Source: an uncultured Acidimicrobiaceae bacterium (lineage in GTDB: Bacteria > Actinomycetota > Acidimicrobiia > Acidimicrobiales > SZUA-35). From it: a stretch of 64,000 nt of DNA. The stretch is taken from positions 2,460 to 66,459 of the forward strand of contig CAYGQE010000026.1 of assembly GCA_964351995.1 (NCBI GenBank). The letters are read 5' to 3'. Position 1 is the stretch's first letter. The number at the start of each line of letters is the position of its first letter. This document shows positions 38,526 to 46,223 of the stretch, one piece after another. A model generated the notes under the pieces. The model was given only the letters and a program-made list of their open reading frames with translations. It had not been told where the DNA came from and ran no database searches. The position numbers were made by a program, and so were the translations under genes.

Positions 38526-40811
38526 GTGACGATCATCGCCACATCCCCCTCGATCATTGATTTCGTTCAACGACTCGACGACGCCGGCCGCCTCGTGCAT
38601 CGCGAAACGCTGCCCGCCAGGGACGCTCGATACGCCGAGCTCGAAACTCCCCTCGCCACGGAACTCGAACACCTGCGTCCGCCAGCTGGCTTCTGGTCGC
38701 ACCAAGCCGAGGGCATCGACCTCGCCCGCGCCGGTCAGTCTGTCGTGGTCGCCACCGGTACGGCGTCGGGCAAGAGCAAAGTGTTCCAGGTACCCATTGC
38801 CGAAGCGGTACACGGCGGCCTCCGGTCGGGAACATCGCTCTTGCTCTATCCCACCAAGGCACTCGCCCAAGACCAGCTCCGAGCATTTGGCGACATGAGC
38901 GTCAGCCGGATGCAGGCTGTCACCTACGACGGCGACACCCCCCGCGATCGACGCACGTGGGCCAGACACAACGCCAACGTCGTCCTGACCAATCCCGAGA
39001 TGCTCCACTACGGGCTGCTCCCCCATCACGCCAAATGGGCCACGTTCTTGAAGCGGCTGGAATACGTCGTGATCGACGAACTGCATGTGTTGCGCGGCAT
39101 CTTCGGTACGCATGTCGCCCACGTTCTTCGGCGGCTGCGCCGGGCCTGCGCGCTCTATGGCGCCGATCCGACCTTCATCTTCTGTTCCGCCACGATCGGA
39201 AGCCCTGAGCGTCTGGCCGAGGAGTTGTGCGGCAAAGCCGTCACCGCCGTGACCGACGACGGTTCGCCATGTGCGCAACGCCATGTGGCCTTGGTCCAGC
39301 CTGCGCTGGTCGATGTCGAACGCGGCATCCGCCAGTCGCCGGCCACCGAGGCCATCAAGATGGTGGCCGACCTCGTCACCGACAACCGTCGCGTCATCGC
39401 ATTCTGTTCCAGTCGAGCGCTGACCGAGCGAGTGGCCGCCGGCGTGATCCGAGCGCTTCCTCCAGAACTCGGTAACACGGTCGCTTCCTACCGATCCGGC
39501 TACTTGGCCGCCGAGCGTCGCGAGATCGAAGACAACCTCGCTGAGGGACGCATCCGCGCCGTCGCTGCCACCAGCGCACTCGAGCTGGGCGTTGACATCG
39601 GCGGCCTCGATGCCACCGTCCTCTGCGGATTTCCCAGCACCATCGCCTCGTTCTGGCAGCAGATCGGTCGAGCCGGACGCGGCGGCCAAGAGTCGCTCGC
39701 CGTGCTGGTCGCCGGTGATGACCAGCTCGACCAATGGTTCGCCACGCACCCCAAGGATCTGTTCGAACGGCCGCCAGAACCAGCAGTCATCAACATCGAC
39801 AACCCGAACATCATGGATCCCCACCTCACATGTGCGGCCTACGAACAACCACTTCGACATGCCGACGATGCGTGGTGGACCGAGCTCGACGAAGGCGTGC
39901 GTCGGCTCGTGCTCGATGACGAGCTGAAGCTGCGACCCGATCCTCGCAACGTGCCCAGAGCCTTTTGGTCAGGTCGAGGGATCCCGTTCAACACCATCAG
40001 CCTGCGATCAGCATCGGGCGGCGAGGTTCGCATCGTCGACCAGGCCGGCCAACTCATCGGTACCGTCGACGGCAGCCGGGCCGCCAACATCGTCCACCCC
40101 GGTGCGGTCTACCTGCATCGAGGACAGCCCTGGCAGGTCGTCGACCTCGACCTGCACCTTCGGCAGGCAACGGTCGAACGCCACAAAGGCACGACGTGGA
40201 CGCAAGCCTCGACCTCGATCCGCATCGATGTGACCGACGACGGCGTCACCAAGCCCGTCGGCGCGTCGACCCTGCACCTCGGCACCGTGAAGGTGACCAC
40301 CCAGGTGACTGGCTACCAGGTGAAAGAGATCGGACGTCGCGAAGCCAAGGAAACCCACGATCTCGACCTACCTCCCCAGGAACTCGACACCACCGCCATC
40401 TGGTACGAGTGGCAGCCCCACGTCATCGATCAGGCCGGTGTGTACGACGTCAATCTGCCAGGTGCACTGCACGCGGCAGAGCATGCAGCCATCGGGATCC
40501 TGCCGTTGTTCACCATCTGCGACCGGTGGGACGTCGGCGGCGTCTCGATCGCTGCGGCACCGCAATCGGGCCTGCCCACCGTGTTCATCTACGACGGTTA
40601 CCCGGGCGGCGCCGGCGTTGCCGACCTGGCCTACGCAGCAGCAGATCGCCATCTCGCTTCGACAGCTGATCTGCTCGACACTTGTCCGTGCAGCACGGGT
40701 TGCCCGTCGTGTGTGCAGTCGCCGAAGTGCGGCAACGGCAATGAGCCGCTGCACAAGCACGGGGCACTTGCGCTGTTGCGAACCACGCTCGGCCCGGCCG
40801 ACCCCTTCTGA
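38526..40811 (+). CDS. DEAH-box helicase with C-terminal DUF1998 (MrfA/SftH/Hrq1-like)
   Basis: TGTASGKS, PTKALAQDQ, IDELH, SAT, ATSALELGVD, QQIGRAGR, YDGYPGGAG and CPC..GCPSC. GTG start follows TACCCT. Confidence 0.94.
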   Translation: MTIIATSPSIIDFVQRLDDAGRLVHRETLPARDARYAELETPLATELEHLRPPAGFWSHQAEGIDLARAGQSVVVATGTASGKSKVFQVPIAEAVHGGLRSGTSLLLYPTKALAQDQLRAFGDMSVSRMQAVTYDGDTPRDRRTWARHNANVVLTNPEMLHYGLLPHHAKWATFLKRLEYVVIDELHVLRGIFGTHVAHVLRRLRRACALYGADPTFIFCSATIGSPERLAEELCGKAVTAVTDDGSPCAQRHVALVQPALVDVERGIRQSPATEAIKMVADLVTDNRRVIAFCSSRALTERVAAGVIRALPPELGNTVASYRSGYLAAERREIEDNLAEGRIRAVAATSALELGVDIGGLDATVLCGFPSTIASFWQQIGRAGRGGQESLAVLVAGDDQLDQWFATHPKDLFERPPEPAVINIDNPNIMDPHLTCAAYEQPLRHADDAWWTELDEGVRRLVLDDELKLRPDPRNVPRAFWSGRGIPFNTISLRSASGGEVRIVDQAGQLIGTVDGSRAANIVHPGAVYLHRGQPWQVVDLDLHLRQATVERHKGTTWTQASTSIRIDVTDDGVTKPVGASTLHLGTVKVTTQVTGYQVKEIGRREAKETHDLDLPPQELDTTAIWYEWQPHVIDQAGVYDVNLPGALHAAEHAAIGILPLFTICDRWDVGGVSIAAAPQSGLPTVFIYDGYPGGAGVADLAYAAADRHLASTADLLDTCPCSTGCPSCVQSPKCGNGNEPLHKHGALALLRTTLGPADPF

Positions 40812-40866
40812 CTCAGAGACTCGAGAGAGGTCTCAAGATGAGCACTCGGCCGGACAGAGCGAAACC

Positions 40867-41157
40867 TCAGCGGGCGACCTCGCCGATGATCATTTCCGGA
40901 GCGACGTTGGTGTAGTTGGGCACGTCACCCATGATCTTGCCGCCGTGCTCCTTCATGCCAGCGTTGAACGAATCCATGTCGGTGACGGTGGCCCAGCCAA
41001 TGGCGGCCCAGGGGCCGGATGCAACGGTGCTGGCGCCCCAACCGGTGCAGGCGTCGCCGAGGGATTCGGCCAGCATGGGCATGTGCGTCGAGGTGTAGTA
41101 GTCCATGTCGAAGGTCGACTCGTCGGTCTTTGGATACATGATGTGTACAGAGATCAT
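40867..41157 (-). CDS. EthD-family protein
   Basis: MYP...FDMDYY...HMP and IMGDVPNYTN motifs. Confidence 0.88.
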   Translation of the reverse strand: MISVHIMYPKTDESTFDMDYYTSTHMPMLAESLGDACTGWGASTVASGPWAAIGWATVTDMDSFNAGMKEHGGKIMGDVPNYTNVAPEMIIGEVAR

Positions 41158-41217
41158 GAACGGAGTCTTCCACTACCGCGCCGATCCCACCAGCCGAACC
41201 AGCCCAGAGCAAGCGGC

Positions 41218-42126
41218 TCAGCCGTGATCGTGGGCAATACGGGCGAGCGTTCGCTCGCTCATCGCTCGGTATCGGGGGTTGTCATCGGAGTTCTCGGCGA
41301 TCGCCAATGACACGCTCAACGCCCAGCCTCGGGCCCGGTCCCAGGTGGCGGGGTCGACCGCAAGGAGTTGTCGGAGCCGGAGCCGATCGAAGCGATCGAA
41401 GAACATCCAGGCCGACCCGAGATCAGTGGCGGGGTCACCAGAGGTGAGATCGCCGAAGTCGATCACGCTGACGATCTGCCCGTCACGCACGATGACGTTG
41501 CCTGGGTGCACGTCACCGTGAATCCACAGCGGTGGGCCGGCGTGGGCTTCAGCACCGATGGCCTTCTGCCAGAGGGAGCGAAGCTTGTCGATGTCGACCT
41601 TGTTGACGAGCCGATCTGTGAGGAGATCGAACCGTCGTTCGGTCACGTCAATACGTTCGATGAGCGGACCACCTCGCCACGGGTTGAGCGGCGCATCGGC
41701 AGGAGCCACCACGTGCATCGCCGAAAAGAAGCCGGCCATGACCTCGACGGCGTTCGCCGAGTTGGGCGGTGCACTGATCGCATCGAGCCCGTCAACGTGA
41801 GCGACGACACTCCACGGCCAGGGGAAGAAGGCGGTCGGTCGCCCGAACACCTCGGGCACCGGAACCGCAATCGGAAGCTGCGGAGCAAGCGTTGGAAGCC
41901 AGCGCTGTTCGTGTTCCACCAGATCCACCGCGGCCTGCCGACGAGGAACGCGCACCAAGTGATGGGGTCCGAGCGTCAGGATCGTGTTGTCCCAACCCGA
42001 GGCCAGAAACTCGAGTTCGAGGTTGGCAAAGGCAGGAGCCTGCTCGGCCAGGAGACGACGAACCAGAACAGCATCGATCTCGATTTCCGCTGCTGGCGTC
42101 GGGTTGACCATCGGCCCAGTGTGCAC
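41218..42126 (-). CDS. Aminoglycoside-phosphotransferase-family (APH/choline-kinase-like) protein
   Basis: SGWDN, EQRWLP, HGDVHPGN, VIDFGD, GDPATDL and RARGWAL motifs. Confidence 0.9.
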   Translation of the reverse strand: MHTGPMVNPTPAAEIEIDAVLVRRLLAEQAPAFANLELEFLASGWDNTILTLGPHHLVRVPRRQAAVDLVEHEQRWLPTLAPQLPIAVPVPEVFGRPTAFFPWPWSVVAHVDGLDAISAPPNSANAVEVMAGFFSAMHVVAPADAPLNPWRGGPLIERIDVTERRFDLLTDRLVNKVDIDKLRSLWQKAIGAEAHAGPPLWIHGDVHPGNVIVRDGQIVSVIDFGDLTSGDPATDLGSAWMFFDRFDRLRLRQLLAVDPATWDRARGWALSVSLAIAENSDDNPRYRAMSERTLARIAHDHG

Positions 42127-42127
42127 G

Positions 42128-42520
42128 TCATTCGACGCGCATGGTGACGCTGGCTTCCAACGTGACGTCGGGAATCAACGCTCCAACCAAGGGAACACTC
42201 GTCGGCGCCCGATACCTCACCGTCGCCGTGGTCTGGCTTCCCCTCGCCGTGCCGCCCGACAGCGACACATCCAACCGTCCGCTGTCGAGAGACGACGAAC
42301 CAACCACCGCTACCCGCGCCGCACCACCTGTCGGCTCCACCGCCGCAGCACGCGCCCCTTCCCTTGCAGCGTGATGTACCAACACCAGATCCTTCGCAAT
42401 CAGCCCCAACTGCAACGTGACCAACGCGAACAACACGACAAGGGGAAGCACCAACGCCAACTCGACCGTGGCTTGACCTCGCTCACTGTTCCGCCTGCGC
42501 TGATGCTTCCCCTCACGCAT
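42128..42520 (-). CDS. tadE: TadE-like minor pilin
   Basis: Prepilin motif ERGQATVELALVLP and AAREGARAAA. Confidence 0.88.
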   Translation of the reverse strand: MREGKHQRRRNSERGQATVELALVLPLVVLFALVTLQLGLIAKDLVLVHHAAREGARAAAVEPTGGAARVAVVGSSSLDSGRLDVSLSGGTARGSQTTATVRYRAPTSVPLVGALIPDVTLEASVTMRVE

Positions 42521-42723
42521 CAGCCGACCTGACCGATCACGGCATCGAGCACTGCGTTCAGCAACCTCGACACCCGGCCCGTACTCGACGCCCACGCCAG
42601 GACGAGCCCAGCGAGGGTCGCAGCACCCAGGATCACCAACGCGTACTCCGCCGTTGCTTGCCCCCGTTCAGGCGTTCGGTCCCGAAGGACCTCTGACCTT
42701 GCAAGTGCGATGAACATCAACAT
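42520..42723 (-). CDS. Flp-type pilin (DUF4244-like)
   Basis: ERGQATAEYALVILGAA (G|xxxxEY Flp motif), 67 aa. Confidence 0.85.
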   Translation of the reverse strand: MLMFIALARSEVLRDRTPERGQATAEYALVILGAATLAGLVLAWASSTGRVSRLLNAVLDAVIGQVG

Positions 42724-42796
42724 GTGATGCCCCTTCCTTTTGTTGCCGCATCTGCGGCGTCTGGTTCGTGGCAGCGCGAGCTGCGAGAAGACGGCC

Positions 42797-43354
42797 TCAA
42801 AGACGCCCGAAAGCAACGAGAACCAACGGCACCACCGCACCTACGAGAACAGCCGGCAACGAACAACACACAAGGGGGAAGAGCATCTGAACCGGCAGCG
42901 CACGAGCCGCCCGCTCGTTTGATCGACGACGGGCTGCACGCCCCTCATCACCAAGTCGCAACAACAATCCCGATGTCGGCACCCCATCGCGAACCGCTGC
43001 AGTCAGCGCCGTCACCAACGGCCAGTAGGCCGGACTCAAATCATCGACCAGCTCCGACAAGGCCATCGCCAATGAACGACCACTCTCGGTTCGGTCAATC
43101 ACTCCTGCGAACGCCAACCGCGTCGCCTCTGGGCCACGAACGACCAACCACTCGATGCTCTGACTCACACTCGCGCCGGCACCCAGCACCACCAACAAGA
43201 GGTCAGCAACTTCTGGCAACGCATCATCGATCTCCGCTCGACGTAGCCGAGCTCGCCGTCTGGCCGACCACCACGGCCATGCAACGCGACCGGCACCACC
43301 CGCAGCAAGCACCAAAACGATCTCGATCACGCCATGCACCTCACCGCTCGCCAC
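42797..43354 (-). CDS. tadC: TadC-like type II secretion F-domain protein
   Basis: LPEVADLL..L.AG and MLFPLVCC.LPA. Start uncertain. Confidence 0.8.
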   Translation of the reverse strand: MASGEVHGVIEIVLVLAAGGAGRVAWPWWSARRRARLRRAEIDDALPEVADLLLVVLGAGASVSQSIEWLVVRGPEATRLAFAGVIDRTESGRSLAMALSELVDDLSPAYWPLVTALTAAVRDGVPTSGLLLRLGDEGRAARRRSNERAARALPVQMLFPLVCCSLPAVLVGAVVPLVLVAFGRL

Positions 43355-43355
43355 C

Positions 43356-44165
43356 TCACAGCGGAGACCCCAACAATCGCTGCAACCACTCCCAGCTCGC
43401 GAAGACCAGAACCAACGCAATCCCGACGCACCCCGCCCCCACCCACGTCGACACATACAGCCGCCCCACATCAGGCTCTGCAAGGGCGGCCGCCACCCCG
43501 AACACGAACGGCAACGCCGCCAACACGCCCGCAGAACTCAGCGCATGCTGCGCCTGAGTCCGGGCATCATCGCGGCTCGACTGTCGCTCACCCAACGCCT
43601 CGGCCACACGCTCCAGCGCTGCGCCCGCCGACGCCCCCGTTGCATCCAGCGCCCGAATCGTCGTGGCGACCAATCGCTCATCGACCGACCCATCGCCAAG
43701 CACTTCGTCCACAGCCAAGGCAAACGGCCGCCCGACCGCAACCCGTCCCGCCACCTCGACCCGAAGCACATTCGCCTCGTTGCCAGCAGCGAAGCCAATC
43801 GACCCATCCAGCACGGCCCCCGTCAAGGACCGACCAGCCCGCAACCCGGCCGCCACATCAGCGACGAAGTCAACCGCCATCTCCGCCCTCCGCCCAACCG
43901 CAACGCGGTCGCGTCGGCGGCCCAACTCCCGGCGACCGAACCACACCAACAACGGAACCGAAACCGCCAACAACGGACTCCCCAACACCGCCGCAGCAAC
44001 GACGCCGAGACTAGAACCCAACCAATGTCCTGACCGCTCAGTCCTCACCCACTTCGGCGACGGCCCTCGCTCCCCCACCAGCCGAGGCAGCGGAGCCCGG
44101 CCACCGGCCAAAACCACACAGCACACCGCCGCCACGGCCAACAACAGCTCCGCCCGAACCATCAC
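43356..44165 (-). CDS. tadB: TadB-like type II secretion F-domain protein
   Basis: LRAGRSL, GA..G.ALERVA, S..VLAALP and C-terminal TM. Confidence 0.8.
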   Translation of the reverse strand: MMVRAELLLAVAAVCCVVLAGGRAPLPRLVGERGPSPKWVRTERSGHWLGSSLGVVAAAVLGSPLLAVSVPLLVWFGRRELGRRRDRVAVGRRAEMAVDFVADVAAGLRAGRSLTGAVLDGSIGFAAGNEANVLRVEVAGRVAVGRPFALAVDEVLGDGSVDERLVATTIRALDATGASAGAALERVAEALGERQSSRDDARTQAQHALSSAGVLAALPFVFGVAAALAEPDVGRLYVSTWVGAGCVGIALVLVFASWEWLQRLLGSPL

Positions 44166-45262
44166 GACTCCCCCGCTGAGTGAACCCGCACTCGCGTCGG
44201 CGAGCCACCACCTGGCCACAACACTCGAGTCGCCAACGACGCTCGATCCACTTCTTCAACAGAAGCAACGCACCGCACTCCATCTGCTCGAACCACATGT
44301 ACCACGACATCAATCGCCGACAGCATCTGCTCCCGCACGGCCTCCAATGGCACCTCCACACCAGACAGCAACGCCAACGTCTCCAACCGACGCAAACCCT
44401 CCAACGCACCATTCGCATGACACGTCGCCAACGACCCGGTGTGACCCGTGTTCAGTGCCAACAGAAGGTCGAAGGCTTCACCGCCGCGCACCTCGCCCAC
44501 GATCAAACGATCCGGTCGCATGCGCAGCGCATTGCGGACCAGCTCTCGAATCGTCACTTCACCCAGCCCCTCCCGGTTCGGAGGCCGCGCTTCGAGCCGA
44601 ACCACGTGCTCGCCAGGCAGATCGAGTTCGGCGGTGTCTTCGATGGTCACGATTCGATCGCTCGCCGGAATGGTGCTGGCCAACGCATTCAGCAAGGTGG
44701 TCTTGCCCGTTCCTGTGCCACCGACGACCAACATCGTTGCTCCTGCGCGCACCAACAGCTCAAGAAGGTCACACAGCTCTGGCGGGCCGAACGCCGAGAG
44801 CGGAAGCGTCTCGGTGGCAAAGCGTCGAATGGTGATTGTCGGCCCATCGATCGCCACGGGGGGCACGACGATGTTCACTCGGGCGCCATCAGCCAACCGC
44901 GCGTCCACGCTGGGGCTGAGCGGATCCACCCGAAGACCAAGCGGTTGCAGGATTCGCTCAACGAGAACAACGAGATCATCTGAGGTCAGGTTGAGATCAG
45001 CGCGCTGTAGTGAGCCTCCGCTGTCGAGCCAGATCGAGCCATCGCCGTTGATCATGATCTCGGTGACACCGGGTCGTTCGAGGAGTTCAGTGACCCGGCC
45101 AAGCCCTCGCCCTCGGGCGACGAATCGGAGAACAACTTCAGTGAGCAAAGCAACATCCCGGAGCGGAAATGCTTGCCGAGCCTGCTCGATCAACTCAGCA
45201 ACCTCAGCGGTCGGCGACAAGGACAAATGGCGAGCAACGAGATCCTCCACCTCGGCGTTCAC
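44162..45262 (-). CDS. tadA: CpaF/TadA pilus assembly ATPase
   Basis: EIMING, VDARL.DG.RV, GGTGTGKTT, IEDTAEL, ALRMRPDRLIVGEVRG and NTGH.G motifs. Confidence 0.94.
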   Translation of the reverse strand: MNAEVEDLVARHLSLSPTAEVAELIEQARQAFPLRDVALLTEVVLRFVARGRGLGRVTELLERPGVTEIMINGDGSIWLDSGGSLQRADLNLTSDDLVVLVERILQPLGLRVDPLSPSVDARLADGARVNIVVPPVAIDGPTITIRRFATETLPLSAFGPPELCDLLELLVRAGATMLVVGGTGTGKTTLLNALASTIPASDRIVTIEDTAELDLPGEHVVRLEARPPNREGLGEVTIRELVRNALRMRPDRLIVGEVRGGEAFDLLLALNTGHTGSLATCHANGALEGLRRLETLALLSGVEVPLEAVREQMLSAIDVVVHVVRADGVRCVASVEEVDRASLATRVLWPGGGSPTRVRVHSAGES

Positions 45263-45888
45263 AGCAAAGCCTCCAGTGGCTGCAGAGCTCTCGGAATCTT
45301 GGTCGAGAGCAAACCGGCGTCGACGGCTCTGGCGACATCTCGATGCCACCGAAGCTGCACCGACACCTCGGCCCCAACTGCCGCCGCAACATCGCTCGGT
45401 CGGAGGGCTCGCCCCTCTTCCTCGATGAGCAGCACCCCATCAGGAAGCGGCCCACGGCGTGCCGCATCGAGTGCGAGAAAGCAGGCCCGGGTGACGAGGA
45501 TCGATGCCGACGACTCGGCGATGAGAGGCACAGCGGGCACGGCGTGCGTCCCGATGTCCACGATCACTCGACGACCCTCCCCACGTAGCAGGAGGGAAAG
45601 CAGCCGATAGCGGTCGGGGCGAGTGGGCGACCGGCACGATCCTCGCGGCAGAAGCGAGAGCCAGGGGGTTACCGGCACCTCGAGCCGCTGCAGAACGTCA
45701 GGCGATGGTTCGTCGAACGAGAACCAGTCGCTCAGGCCCTCAGGCGGAGATGGGATGCCAAGAATTGCATCGACATCGCCGCGCAGATCGACCAACAGCG
45801 TCGGAGTGGACTGTGCCGACAGCAACGCCAGGGCCGCTGCTGAAACCGAGCAGCCGACGCCGCCCTTTGATGAGAACAAACAGAGCAC
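45259..45888 (-). CDS. Ssd/CpaE-like MinD-family protein (no N-terminal receiver-like domain)
   Basis: Deviant Walker A SSKGGVGCS, LLVD, LVTRACFLAL and VARAVDAG. First gene of the tad cluster. Confidence 0.8.
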   Translation of the reverse strand: MLCLFSSKGGVGCSVSAAALALLSAQSTPTLLVDLRGDVDAILGIPSPPEGLSDWFSFDEPSPDVLQRLEVPVTPWLSLLPRGSCRSPTRPDRYRLLSLLLRGEGRRVIVDIGTHAVPAVPLIAESSASILVTRACFLALDAARRGPLPDGVLLIEEEGRALRPSDVAAAVGAEVSVQLRWHRDVARAVDAGLLSTKIPRALQPLEALL

Positions 45889-45998
45889 GGAAACCTCGTC
45901 GTCGAACGAACGATCGAGGGGGAAGGAAACAGGCTGAGGCCATCGCCAGCGACGGATCGGCTCTGGTGAGCGAGTGGCACGCCGCTAGGGTGTCGAAC

Positions 45999-46094
45999 GG
46001 AGGTGTCCGAGTACCTGGTGGGCTCCCCCGCCTTCAAAGCGGGTGTGCGATGTGATCCATCGTAGGCGGGTTCGATTCCCGTCCACCTCCGCCA
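45999..46094 (+). tRNA. selC: tRNA-Sec (anticodon TCA)
   Basis: 96 nt. Acceptor GGAGGTG/CACCTCC + GCCA, anticodon arm CCCGC-CTTCAAA-GCGGG, long variable arm TGCGATG/CATCGTA, T arm GCGGG-TTCGATT-CCCGT. TAGGGT -10 at 45986-45991. Confidence 0.93.
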
Positions 46095-46223
46095 CTTCCA
46101 TTTTCCAGAATGGCTCGCTCAACAGGACCGGATGACCTGACCAACTTGGCCCATTGATCGACTCCTCCCTCAGAAGCGACCCCACGCTGTCGAAACCTCC
46201 CTGGCAGTCGCCCTCGGGAGGAG

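Noticed and set aside
41218..42126. Antibiotic-resistance gene call
   Set aside because: Generic APH/choline-kinase-fold family common in actinobacteria. No evidence for an aminoglycoside substrate or mobility.
27178..46094. Genomic island bounded by tRNA-Thr and tRNA-Sec
   Set aside because: The interval holds core genes (holB, tmk, topA). No integrase or duplicated tRNA 3' end was seen.
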